This document shows positions 9,893 to 20,400 of a stretch of 64,000 nucleotides of DNA, piece after piece. The stretch's first letter is position 1. Each line of letters begins with the position of its first letter. Under the pieces are notes generated by a model. It had not been told where the DNA came from. It ran no database searches and worked only from the letters and a program-made list of their open reading frames with translations. The DNA lies in NCBI GenBank assembly GCA_037481715.1, contig JBBFLD010000009.1:36909-100908 (forward strand), read 5' to 3'. The position numbers were made by a program, and so were the translations under genes. The DNA is from Melioribacteraceae bacterium (lineage in GTDB: Bacteria; Bacteroidota; Ignavibacteria; Ignavibacteriales; Melioribacteraceae).

Positions 9893-11677
9893 ATGAAAAT
9901 ATCAATTAACAGAAATACAGTTTGGTGTGATTTATTTGTTAACAGACTTGTAGATTATGGAGTAAGATCTGTTTGTATTTCTCCAGGTTCAAGAAGCACA
10001 CCTTTAACTTTAGCATTTAGTCAAAACGAGAGCATAAAGGTTTATCAAATTGTTGACGAGCGTTCTTCTGCTTTTTATGCGCTTGGTCTGGCTAAAAAAT
10101 CTAAAACTCCTGTTGCAGTATTAACAACCTCAGGAACCGCAGTGGCAGAACTTTATCCTGCAATTATTGAAGCATATTATCAGAGAGTTCCTTTAATTAT
10201 TTGTACTGCAGATAGACCGCCATATCTCAGAAATACAGGAGCAAATCAAACTATAAATCAAGAGAACATATTTGCAAATCACATAAGATATTTTGCAGAT
10301 GCCGGCTTACCGGAAATCAGTTACAAAAAATTAAAAAGCTTGATTAAGAAAACAGATGAAGCATTAAAAACTGCATTGATAAAAAATCCTGGTCCTGTTC
10401 ATCTAAATTTCCCTTTTGAAAAACCATTTGAACCAGATGCTTACACAGAAAAGGTTGATATAAAATTTCTTGATAAAATTTATAATTCTATCAGTCCTGT
10501 GGATTTAAGAATAAAAAGAGAAAAGAATTTAATTGGTGATTCAATTAAAAAAATAATTAATCATAAAAAAGGATTAATCATTGTTGGATATAACAGCTAT
10601 GACGAAGAATTTGCAAAGTTATGTATGACTTTATCTGAAAAATTAAGATATCCAGTATTTGCAGATATTTCTTCTGGCTTAAGACAGGGAAAGCATCCAA
10701 AGAAAAATATTGTTGAAAATTTTACATCACTTGTAAGGTCAGAAAAATTTTTGCAAAAGTATGACCCCGAAATCATTCTGCAATTTGGAGGTTCCCCCAC
10801 TTCAAATGTTATTTTGAATTATTACAAAAATTCAAAAGCAGAAAAAATTTTGATTAATGAATTTGGCGATAGGAATGACCCATCGTTAACTGCAAAAATA
10901 ATTTTGAAAATTAATCCAACAGAATTTTGTGAACTTGTTTTAGATAAGATTAACACATCGCAATTTGAGAGAAACAAAGAATGGTTTGAAAATATAATTC
11001 GATTAAATCAAATTGCAGAAAAAATTAAGCGAAAGATGCTTGAGGAAGAAGAAATTAATTTTGAGGGAAAAATTCTTTATGAAGTTTTTGAAGCTCTTCC
11101 TTCAAAATGCAATGTGATGATTTCAAATAGTCTTCCAATTCGTGATGCAGATTTTTTTGTTTCTTCAAATCAAAAGCATATAAATATTTTTTGCAATCGC
11201 GGTGCAAGCGGAATTGATGGAATAAATTCAACAGCTCTTGGAATAGCAGCAGTATCAAAGGAGCCGACAATTTTAATAACAGGCGATTTAGCTTTCTATC
11301 ATGATATGAATGGTCTTCATAATGCAGTTAAATTCAAAATTCCATTGACAGTAATTTTAATTAACAATAACGGCGGCGGCATTTTTGAGTCGCTCCCAAT
11401 TTCAAGATTTGGAAAAACTTATATCCAAAATTTTGTTACACCGCTGAATATTGATTTTTCAAAATTTGTAGAAGCATACAATGGAAAATATTTCTTAATA
11501 GAAAACATTATTGATTTGAAAAAGAAACTATTGTTGTCGATAAATAGTAAAAAACTCACAGTTCTTGAAATAAAAACTGATTCTAAGAAATCGAAATTAA
11601 TTCGTGAAAAAATCTGGAAAGAAATAACTTCAGCAATTAATATCCAATTAGATGAAGATAAAAGTAAATCAAATTGA
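9893..11677 (+). CDS. menD: 2-succinyl-5-enolpyruvyl-6-hydroxy-3-cyclohexene-1-carboxylate (SEPHCHC) synthase
   Basis: ThDP enzyme motifs (CISPGSRSTPL, GDLAFYHDMNGL...NNNGGGIF). Position in the men operon. Confidence 0.9.
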   Translation: MKISINRNTVWCDLFVNRLVDYGVRSVCISPGSRSTPLTLAFSQNESIKVYQIVDERSSAFYALGLAKKSKTPVAVLTTSGTAVAELYPAIIEAYYQRVPLIICTADRPPYLRNTGANQTINQENIFANHIRYFADAGLPEISYKKLKSLIKKTDEALKTALIKNPGPVHLNFPFEKPFEPDAYTEKVDIKFLDKIYNSISPVDLRIKREKNLIGDSIKKIINHKKGLIIVGYNSYDEEFAKLCMTLSEKLRYPVFADISSGLRQGKHPKKNIVENFTSLVRSEKFLQKYDPEIILQFGGSPTSNVILNYYKNSKAEKILINEFGDRNDPSLTAKIILKINPTEFCELVLDKINTSQFERNKEWFENIIRLNQIAEKIKRKMLEEEEINFEGKILYEVFEALPSKCNVMISNSLPIRDADFFVSSNQKHINIFCNRGASGIDGINSTALGIAAVSKEPTILITGDLAFYHDMNGLHNAVKFKIPLTVILINNNGGGIFESLPISRFGKTYIQNFVTPLNIDFSKFVEAYNGKYFLIENIIDLKKKLLLSINSKKLTVLEIKTDSKKSKLIREKIWKEITSAINIQLDEDKSKSN

Positions 11678-12491
11678 ATTTAACATTCTAATTGATGAAA
11701 GCAAAAAATGTGAAGAGAGAATCCCAATTGTATTTTTACATGGCTTTACAGGATGTGCCGAAGATTGGCTTTTTATGTTTAATAAACTTCCAGATAAGTA
11801 TTTTCCCATCGCAATAGATTTAATTGGACATGGATTAACTGAATCTCCTGATGATTCGTGTTATTATACGTGTAATGCAATTATTAATCAGCTCAACAGC
11901 ATTTTTGATAATCTGAAAATTAATAAACTTATAATTTGTGGTTATTCGATGGGTGGAAGAGCTGCACTTTCTTATTGTTTGCATTATCCTGATAAATTAA
12001 TTGCTGCAATATTTGAGAGCACAACAGCTGGAATAGAAGATTTCACTGCAAAAAAAGAAAGAGTAGTTTCTGATTTTATTCTGGCAGAAAAAATTCGAAA
12101 TGATGGAATAGAAAACTTTGTTGATTACTGGATGAATCTTCCTCTATTCGAATCTCAAAAGAAAATTTCAAATTATGATTCAATCAAGAACAAAAAATTT
12201 CAAAACAGTGTTATAGGATTATCTAATTCCTTACTGGGTTTCAGCACAGGTTTAATGCCAAATTACTGGGATAAATTGAACCTGCTGAAATTTCCTGTGC
12301 TTTTAATTACTGGCAGTCTTGATGAAAAATTTACATCACTTGCAAAAAGAATGAAAACAAAGTTTCAAAATGCAGAACATCAAATAGCAGAAAATTGTGG
12401 GCATAATGTTCACTTAGAAAAGCCCGATGTTTTTGTTAAATTTGTTTTGAACTTCTTAAATAATTTGAAAGGGAATCATTATGAGTTATAA
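11652..12491 (+). CDS. menH: SHCHC synthase (alpha/beta hydrolase)
   Basis: Alpha/beta-hydrolase with a GYSMGG nucleophile elbow and a C-terminal GHNVHLE. Lies between menD and menB. Confidence 0.75.
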   Translation: MKIKVNQIEFNILIDESKKCEERIPIVFLHGFTGCAEDWLFMFNKLPDKYFPIAIDLIGHGLTESPDDSCYYTCNAIINQLNSIFDNLKINKLIICGYSMGGRAALSYCLHYPDKLIAAIFESTTAGIEDFTAKKERVVSDFILAEKIRNDGIENFVDYWMNLPLFESQKKISNYDSIKNKKFQNSVIGLSNSLLGFSTGLMPNYWDKLNLLKFPVLLITGSLDEKFTSLAKRMKTKFQNAEHQIAENCGHNVHLEKPDVFVKFVLNFLNNLKGNHYEL

Positions 12492-13314
12492 CTGGATTAA
12501 AGCAAAAGATTATCAGGACATAATTTATGAGAAGATGGATGGAATAGCCAAGATAACAATAAATCGTCCGGAAAAAAGAAATGCATTCCGTCCAGAAACA
12601 GTTTCTGAATTATACGATGCATTTAACGATGCGCGAGAAGATACGAACATTGGAGTAATTTTATTAACAGGAAAAGGACCATCAAAAGATGGCAAATATG
12701 CATTTTGTTCTGGCGGCGACCAATCAATTCGCGGCGATAAAGGTTATGTAGGAAAAGATGGCGTACCAAGATTAAATATTCTTGATGTTCAAAAGCAAAT
12801 AAGAAGTATTCCAAAACCTGTGATTGCTCTCGTTGCCGGATATGCAATTGGCGGCGGTCATGTTTTGCATGTAGTTTGTGATTTAACAATTGCTGCAGAT
12901 AACGCAATCTTTGGGCAAACGGGACCAAAAGTAGGAAGTTTTGACGGTGGTTTTGGTGCAAGTTATCTTGCAAGAATTGTAGGACAGAAAAAAGCTCGCG
13001 AAATTTGGTACCTTTGCCGTCAATACAATGCACAGGAAGCACTTGAAATGGGACTTGTCAATAAAGTAGTTCCCTTAGAACAACTTGAAGAAGAAGGAAT
13101 CAAATGGGCAAAAGAAATTCTTGAAAAAAGCCCGCTTGCAATTCGACTTTTAAAATCAGCTTTTAATGCAGAACTTGATGGTCAGGCTGGAATTCAAGAA
13201 CTCGCTGGAAATGCTACTTTGCTTTATTATATGACAGAAGAAGCTCAAGAAGGAAAAAATGCATATCTCGAAAAAAGAAAACCGGACTTTTCAAAATTTC
13301 CAAGAGTGCCATAA
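12481..13314 (+). CDS. menB: 1,4-dihydroxy-2-naphthoyl-CoA synthase
   Basis: Crotonase fold with MenB-typical FCSGGDQ and [21 protein letters not shown] segments. Confidence 0.95.
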   Translation: MSYNWIKAKDYQDIIYEKMDGIAKITINRPEKRNAFRPETVSELYDAFNDAREDTNIGVILLTGKGPSKDGKYAFCSGGDQSIRGDKGYVGKDGVPRLNILDVQKQIRSIPKPVIALVAGYAIGGGHVLHVVCDLTIAADNAIFGQTGPKVGSFDGGFGASYLARIVGQKKAREIWYLCRQYNAQEALEMGLVNKVVPLEQLEEEGIKWAKEILEKSPLAIRLLKSAFNAELDGQAGIQELAGNATLLYYMTEEAQEGKNAYLEKRKPDFSKFPRVP

Positions 13315-13319
13315 ATTTT

Positions 13320-14219
13320 ATGAATTCAGTTTCAATTACATTTACGAAAAAAATTAATAGTTGGATTTTAGCTGCACGACCCAAAACATTACCTGCGGCT
13401 GTTGTGCCTGTTGTAGTTGGTTCTTCTATTGCAATTCATTATAACAAATTTAATTTCATAGCTTCGTTAACAGCTTTGCTTTGTTCATTATTGTTTCAAA
13501 TAGGAGCTAATTTTGTTAACGACCTTTTTGATTACCTTCATGGAACTGATAAAAAAGAAAGAACAGGACCTCAAAGAGCGGTTGCATCTGGATTAATTTC
13601 TGTTAATGAAATGAAGATTGGAATTATAGTAGTATTCAGCTTGAGTTTTTTGCTTGGTCTTTATCTTGTTTTTCTCGGCGGATGGGTAATTTTTATAATT
13701 GGAGTTCTTTCAATTATCACTGCAGTAGCGTATACAGCAGGTCCATTTCCGCTTGCATATCATGCACTCGGAGATATTGCAGTATTTCTTTTTTTTGGTT
13801 TCGCTGGAACAATTGGAACTTACTATGTTCAGGCAAAAGAAATTACACCAATGATTTTTTGGGCTTCTGTTCCAGTTGGTGCTTTAATTACTAACATTCT
13901 TGTTGTAAATAATTACCGCGACAGAGACGAAGATAAACTCAGCGGTAAAAATACTCTTGCAGTGGTCTTAGGAGAAAAATTTTCACGACTTCAATATGTC
14001 TTCTTTATGATAGTATCATATTTAATTTTATTTGTTGTTTATTTTACATTCAAAAAAAGTTTATTTGTTTTCCTGCCAATTCTTTCTTTGCCAATTGCAA
14101 TTAAATTGATAAAAATGATTTACACACTTAAAGGAAAAGAATTAAATAAAACTCTCGAACTTACTGCAAAGCTCTCTGCAATTTATGGATTACTCTTTGC
14201 AGCTGGTATTCTTTTATGA
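13320..14219 (+). CDS. menA: 1,4-dihydroxy-2-naphthoate polyprenyltransferase
   Basis: Polytopic membrane protein with UbiA-family Asp-rich motifs (NDLFDYLHGTD, NNYRDRDED). Confidence 0.9.
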   Translation: MNSVSITFTKKINSWILAARPKTLPAAVVPVVVGSSIAIHYNKFNFIASLTALLCSLLFQIGANFVNDLFDYLHGTDKKERTGPQRAVASGLISVNEMKIGIIVVFSLSFLLGLYLVFLGGWVIFIIGVLSIITAVAYTAGPFPLAYHALGDIAVFLFFGFAGTIGTYYVQAKEITPMIFWASVPVGALITNILVVNNYRDRDEDKLSGKNTLAVVLGEKFSRLQYVFFMIVSYLILFVVYFTFKKSLFVFLPILSLPIAIKLIKMIYTLKGKELNKTLELTAKLSAIYGLLFAAGILL

Positions 14220-15277
14220 TATTAAAAGAAATTAAATATTCTTTCTTTTCACTTCCGCTAAAAAAAGAATTTAGAAACTCGTATGACTCATTTTCTAAAC
14301 GAGAAGGATTTATCATAAAAGCAGCAGATGAACAAAACAATGTTACTTACGGCGAGGCATCACCTCTTCCAAATTTCAGCAGAGAATCTCTAAATGAATT
14401 AGAAGATGAATTAAAATTAATTTCACTAAATGAAGTTGCTTTAAGTGATAATCTTAATGATGCAAGTAAGCAAATAAAAAACTTATCAAGCTTAAATTCA
14501 TTAAGATTTGCTTTTGAGCAAATACTGCTGAATTTTTTGTTTATCAGAAAATCTCAACAAAATAATTTTCTATCAAAAAAAAATTTCAAAAATGAAATCA
14601 GCATAAATGCAGTGCTGGATATTTCAGAGCCAGAGTTGATAATGGATGAGATTCAAAAAAAGTATTTTCAAGGTTATAGAACTTTTAAGATAAAGATTGG
14701 AAGAGAAAATTTTGAAGATGATTTGGCATTGTTGGAAAAGATTCAAAATATGTTTGGAAATAAAATTAAAAAGCGAATTGATGTTAACGGAAAATGGGAA
14801 TATGAAAGAGCCAGAAATAATCTTAAAGAGTTAGAAAAATTCGAAATAGAATTTATTGAAGAACCATGCTCTGACATAATGTGTAATTTAGAATTAGCAA
14901 AAAAATCTAAATTAAAAATCGCACTTGATGAATCACTAAAAAATTTTGACGATGCAAAAAAAATTATTGAAAGCAGCCAAATAGATTTTGTTGTGGTTAA
15001 ACCAATGATATACGGCAGTCTGTTTGATTCAGTAGAATTAATAAATTATGCCGAAGCAAAGAATAAGTATGTAATTATCTCATCATGTTTTGAAAGTGCT
15101 GTTGGAAAAAGTGCATTGGTTTTTATAGCATCATGCTCTTCACATTCATTTGCACATGGATTGGATACATCAGATTTTTTTGAACGAGACATTTGTTATG
15201 ATTACTATGATGTAAACAATGGCAAAATAAATTTTGACATAGAAAATTTTCCTCCCAAATATGATTTAAGGTTATGA
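14216..15277 (+). CDS. menC: o-succinylbenzoate synthase (enolase superfamily)
   Basis: Enolase-superfamily catalytic pattern (FKIKIG, DVNGKW, IEEP, LDES). ATGA start/stop overlap with menA. Confidence 0.75.
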   Translation: MILKEIKYSFFSLPLKKEFRNSYDSFSKREGFIIKAADEQNNVTYGEASPLPNFSRESLNELEDELKLISLNEVALSDNLNDASKQIKNLSSLNSLRFAFEQILLNFLFIRKSQQNNFLSKKNFKNEISINAVLDISEPELIMDEIQKKYFQGYRTFKIKIGRENFEDDLALLEKIQNMFGNKIKKRIDVNGKWEYERARNNLKELEKFEIEFIEEPCSDIMCNLELAKKSKLKIALDESLKNFDDAKKIIESSQIDFVVVKPMIYGSLFDSVELINYAEAKNKYVIISSCFESAVGKSALVFIASCSSHSFAHGLDTSDFFERDICYDYYDVNNGKINFDIENFPPKYDLRL

Positions 15278-16731
15278 TTACAATTTCAAATAAAGAACAC
15301 TGGCTTGTTGAACAGAGCAAATCATTTCCCGAGTCTTTGGCAATAATAACTTCATCAGAAAAAATTAATTACAAGCAATATTTTGAAAAATCATTTCAAT
15401 ACTTCTGTCAATTATATGATTTTGGAGTTAAGAGAGGCGATAGAATTGGAATTCTTTTAAATCATTCAAAAGAATATTTGTATTTGATTAATGCAATCTG
15501 GTTTTGTGGTGCGGCTGCTGTTCCATTAAATACAAGATTAACTGAAAATGAATTAATCCAGCAGATAGATAACACAGGTATTTCAGTTCTTATAATAGAT
15601 GATAAACTTTATGATTTCAAAAAAGAAATATCATTTAAGATTGTTTTGTTGTCAGCTTTAGCTCAATCAAGTAAGGTTTGTGAAAAATTTATTATTGATG
15701 ATTTTGATATTTATCGTAATGCACTCATAATGTTTACATCGGGCAGCACAGGAAAATCAAAAGCAGCAGTTCATACATTTGAAAGCATTTATGAAAGCAC
15801 AACTGCACTGAATGAATTTATAGAATTAACTCAAGATGATATCTGGCTTGTATCACTTCCTTTTTATCATATTGGCGGCTTTATGATATTTTCCCGCTCA
15901 TTGATTTCAGGAAGTAAAATTGCAATTCCTGATTCACTGAAATATGATGATATTAAAACAGCAATTAATAAATTTGACCCAACACACATTTCATTTGTCT
16001 CTACAACTCTTTACAGATTGACAGAAGAAAAATTCAAACCAAAGAAAAAAATAAAATATGTTTTTCTTGGCGGCGGACCACTTGATACCTCATTGTGCAA
16101 TAATGCAATCAGAGAAGGATGGAATATTGTTAAAGTTTATGGTTCAACTGAAACTTGTTCAATGATAACTGCATTGGACAACAAAAATTATTTATTAAAA
16201 CCAGATTCTGCAGGAAAGCCTCTCAGAAATGTAGATGTCAAAATTGTTGGAAGTAAAGGTGAATTTCTAAATGCATTCGAAAAAGGAGAGATTGCAATAA
16301 AAAGTAAAACGTTATTCAAAGAATATCTCAATTCAGAAAATCAAGGAAAATATATAGATGAATATTTTTTAACAGGCGATTACGGCTGGATTGATAATGA
16401 TGGTTTTTTATATGTTGAATCTCGTAGAGAAGACATCATTATCACTGGAGGCGAAAATGTAAGTATAAAGGAAGTAGAAAATGCATTAAAACAGCTTGAA
16501 GAAGTTGAAGATGCTTATGTCTTTCCTGAAAAAGATAAAGAGTGGGGACAATCAATCTCGACAGCTGTAGTTTTGAAAAAAGAAATTAATCTGCAAGAAA
16601 TTAAAATGAAATTAAGCAGCCAAATCGCCTCCTATAAAATTCCGAAGCAATTCTATTTTGTGAATGAAATTCCAAGAACTGAATTAGGAAAGATTGATAA
16701 AGAAAAACTGATGAGATTAATAAACAAGTAA
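15274..16731 (+). CDS. menE: o-succinylbenzoate-CoA ligase
   Basis: AMP-binding motif MFTSGSTGKSKAA, and YGSTE and GDYGW motifs. Last gene of the men operon, with an ATGA overlap with menC. Confidence 0.8.
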   Translation: MITISNKEHWLVEQSKSFPESLAIITSSEKINYKQYFEKSFQYFCQLYDFGVKRGDRIGILLNHSKEYLYLINAIWFCGAAAVPLNTRLTENELIQQIDNTGISVLIIDDKLYDFKKEISFKIVLLSALAQSSKVCEKFIIDDFDIYRNALIMFTSGSTGKSKAAVHTFESIYESTTALNEFIELTQDDIWLVSLPFYHIGGFMIFSRSLISGSKIAIPDSLKYDDIKTAINKFDPTHISFVSTTLYRLTEEKFKPKKKIKYVFLGGGPLDTSLCNNAIREGWNIVKVYGSTETCSMITALDNKNYLLKPDSAGKPLRNVDVKIVGSKGEFLNAFEKGEIAIKSKTLFKEYLNSENQGKYIDEYFLTGDYGWIDNDGFLYVESRREDIIITGGENVSIKEVENALKQLEEVEDAYVFPEKDKEWGQSISTAVVLKKEINLQEIKMKLSSQIASYKIPKQFYFVNEIPRTELGKIDKEKLMRLINK

Positions 16732-16734
16732 TTG

Positions 16735-17421
16735 TCAGTTGCTGCTTGCTTCGTTATTCTTTTCTGATTCAAGGTCGATAAGATTAAGATCATTAACATA
16801 AGGTGTTAAAACCGGCTTTTTAATTGAACCAAGTTTTTCAAGAACTTTTACAATATCATTCGCGGCTTTTTCAATAAACTCTATTCTTTTCAAAACTGTA
16901 TCTTTCGAAAAATTTTCTTTTGAGAGTTCTCTTCTGATTGCAGCTGTTGAAAGATTAATCAAAGTAAGCGGCTGTTTGATTTCATGATTGGCTGTTGTTA
17001 CAGTAGCAGCAAATGTTTTTATTTTTTCTATTTCAATTAAGAATTTATTTGTCTCACTGAAACGCAGTGCGGATTTGATTCTCGCGATTAATTCTGTTTT
17101 ATTAAAAGGTTTTTTGATGTAGTCAAATGCTCCTGCTTGCAATCCTTCTTTAAGATTTTCTGCTTCTGTAAGTGCTGTTAAAAGAATTATCGGAATTTGT
17201 TTTGTATCTTCGCGAGAAGTAAGTGTTCTGCAAACATCGTAACCGGAAATTCCAGGCATCATTATGTCGAGAAGAATTAGATCTGGTTTTTCTTCAATTG
17301 CTTTTTGAATTCCCATGTGTCCATCGTATGCTTTTATTACTTCAAAGCCTTCCTGTTCAAGTCTATCCTGAATTAAAAATACATTATCTGGATAATCATC
17401 AATAACCAAAATTTTTTTCAT
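16735..17421 (-). CDS. Response-regulator receiver fused to a HisKA-like (DHp) domain with no ATPase domain
   Basis: Canonical REC (DD..., LILLDIMMPGISG, ...KP). Followed by an H-box-like segment, TANHEIKQPLTLINLS, and one more helix. The protein ends at 228 aa with no N/G1/G2 boxes. Confidence 0.75.
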   Translation of the reverse strand: MKKILVIDDYPDNVFLIQDRLEQEGFEVIKAYDGHMGIQKAIEEKPDLILLDIMMPGISGYDVCRTLTSREDTKQIPIILLTALTEAENLKEGLQAGAFDYIKKPFNKTELIARIKSALRFSETNKFLIEIEKIKTFAATVTTANHEIKQPLTLINLSTAAIRRELSKENFSKDTVLKRIEFIEKAANDIVKVLEKLGSIKKPVLTPYVNDLNLIDLESEKNNEASSN

Positions 17422-17425
17422 GATG

Positions 17426-20400
17426 CTAAAAGACTTTTATTTTGAGATGATTATTAATCTTTGAAGATATTGTTGCTGAATCTACTGGTTTTGTAACTAA
17501 ATCATTAAAGCCATTTTTTTCAATTACTTCTTTGTTTTCGAGCATTGCATAAGCTGTAAGAGCAATTACAGGAATTTTGGCAGTTCTGCTGCTTGAACGA
17601 ATTCTTTTTATAGTTTCAAATCCATCCATTGTTGGCATCATTATATCAAGAAATATTAAATCCGGCAAAATATGATTTAGCATTAATAAACATTCCATCC
17701 CATTATGAGCATATACTGGACTGCAGTTTAATTCTTTCAAAAATTCTCCAATGGTAAATAATGTATCTTCGTCGTCATCGACAATCATAATTGTTGGTTT
17801 TAAATAATCATGAATTATTTCTGGTTTTCTGGGTGAAGATTCAATCATTAGATTAAGTCTTTTATTTGCTTCGCTGTCATCAATCTTCAATCTGTCTTTA
17901 ATGAATTTTAGAATATCAAGAGGATGATTTTTTTCTCTCAGTGTTATTGCATTGAAAGTGTTGGTTAAATCTGTTGATTCATTTTCTGAAAAAATTTGAG
18001 GGAGAAGAAAAACTACAAATGTGTTTTTTGTGAATTTATTCTGTCTTAATAATGAACTGAATAAAAGTGCATCTGATTTGAATGATTCAACATCAATTAA
18101 GAATAACTGCACTTTGCTGTAGTCAATTAATGCCATGGCAGATTCAAGCGAGTTTTTGTAATCAAATTCAATATCAGAAACATTGCTTTTAATAATTTCA
18201 TACTCTTCTTTTTTATAGCCGGCATAAATAATTTTTTCTACAGTTTCGTTTGTGAACGAATTAATCTGTTTAATTAAATTTTTGAAAATATTTTCTGTTA
18301 CGGGTTTAATTAAAAAATCAAATACATTGGGTGCCCAGCCAACTTTTTCATTTTCGATAACATTATAAATGATAATAGGCATTTCCAGTGCCGCAGGATT
18401 TTTTCTAATATCTGCAATTAACTGCCAAATGCTGCAATCATTCAAATGAGAATTTATAATTATCGAACTGAATTTTTGTTTATTAATAACATCAAGACTT
18501 TGTTTTGCGTTTTCGCAGATTTTAATTTGATAATTGTATGTTGCCAAATAATCTTTAACAAGTTTATTTGCATTTTCGCTGCTGCCAATTATTAAGGCAG
18601 AAGATTTTTTGTTCTCATCATAATCATCTTTTACTTTTAAGAAATTATCACCATTAGTTTCTATGATTTCTACTATTGCGTCATTTAACGTAAAAGAAAA
18701 TTTTGTTCCTTTGTTAATTTGACTTTCGAGTGATAATCTGCTTCCAAGCAATTCAGCATATCTTTTGCAGATTGCAAGTCCAAGACCAGCACCGCCAAAA
18801 TGTTTTGAACTGTTAGTTTCTATTTGTTTGAACTCTGAAAAAATTAATTCTTGTTTTTCTTCTGGAATACCAATCCCAGTATCCATGACCGAAAATTTAA
18901 TTGAATTGTTGTCAATCAATTCTATTAATAATTTTACTTCTCCTTTATCTGTGAATTTAATTGCATTCATCAAAAGATTTGAAAGTATGTGGTCTAATTT
19001 ATTTTTGTCTGTGTCTAAAAGAATATTTTTTCTTTTCGGTGTTTCAATGGTGAATTTCAATTTTTTTTCTTCTGCTGCACTTCCAAAATTTTGCCTTAAT
19101 TCTTCGAGCAATTCGCTCAACAAAAATTTTTCTTTTTTGATTTCGATTTTACCGGATTCAAGTCTTGAGAATTCAAGTATGTTAGTTATCAATCTCAATA
19201 ATTTTTTCCCGTTGCGATGGACAATGTTCAGTTTTTCATTAAACTTTGTATTAGCATAAGAATCTTTTAACAAAAGCTCGGTTAAACCAAGAATCGAAAT
19301 TAATGGTGTTCTCAATTCGTGCGACATGCTTGCGAGAAACTGCGATTTAACTTTTGTCAATTCAATCGCTTTTTGTTTTTGTTTTTCAAGTTCTTCAGCT
19401 TTTTCTCTAAGTTGATTATGAAGTTCTTTTAACTGCTCATTCTGCTGAGTTATTTGTTTATTCTGCTTTTGATATTCTTCATTTAATCTTTTTAGTTCTG
19501 TAATATAATTTTCAAGCTGCTCAAGCGAGACAGCATTAATCAAACCAATTGCCAGATGTTCCTGAATATTATCAAGATAGTTTTTTACTCCATTTTGTGG
19601 AATGTTTTCCGATGCAAGTTCGAGTATTGCAATTGGTTCTTTATTATATAAGATTGGATAAATTAATAAATATTTTAATTTGATTGATGCAAGACCAGTT
19701 TTAATTTCAGGGAAGTTGCTCTCAAAAGTAAATTCAAGGCTTTCCTTTTTATCTATTACATTTGAATACAAATCTGATGTGAAGTTTGTATTAACCGATT
19801 CTCGATTTATCCCATAAGACGAAGTCAATCTTAGATTTTTATTTTCCAGAACATAAAGCACTCCAAATGAACATCCAGTTGCTTTTATAATTTTTGAAAG
19901 AGCTGCTTCGGATACTTGCTTTAGTGTTGGATTTTGATTAATAAGCTTTATGAATTCAGTGTATTCTTTTTCAATATCTTCTTTCTTTTTAATTACATCG
20001 AGCATTTTATTAAATGCTTCGCCAAGCTTTCCAATTTCATCTTTTGAAATTATTGTAACACGATGTTCAAGATTTCCTTTAGTTGTAATTTCTGTAGCTT
20101 CGCTTAATAATGTAAGCTGTTTTCTAAATTTATAAGTAAATAAGAGAACAAAAATAAATGTGAGAGCACTTCCTGCAGCAACAATTAAAATAACCACATT
20201 TCTTAGTGTATTTCTGAAATCTGCTGCTTCTTCGAAAGATGTGAAGATTATAAAATTGAATTTGCCTGCTGGAGTTAAAATTTGTCTTGGTGTATAGAGC
20301 GAAGCTTTGAAATCGGCATTATCAACCTCATCATTAAATATATCGTAATTGTTTTTGAATTTTAAATTCTGAATGGAATGATTTAATGCAGGGATAAACT

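Noticed and set aside
12623-13042. 139-aa antisense ORF within menB
   Set aside because: It lies entirely opposite the highly conserved MenB frame. Its His/Gln/Leu-rich composition is unlike a real protein, and it has no RBS.
18765-19259. 164-aa ORF antisense to the hybrid kinase. Similar 153-aa (33781-34242), 73-aa and 61-aa ORFs lie antisense to the propeller kinase.
   Set aside because: Their Ser/Phe/Leu/Asn-rich translations mirror the codon bias of the sense gene. The sense frames carry unambiguous kinase and propeller motifs.
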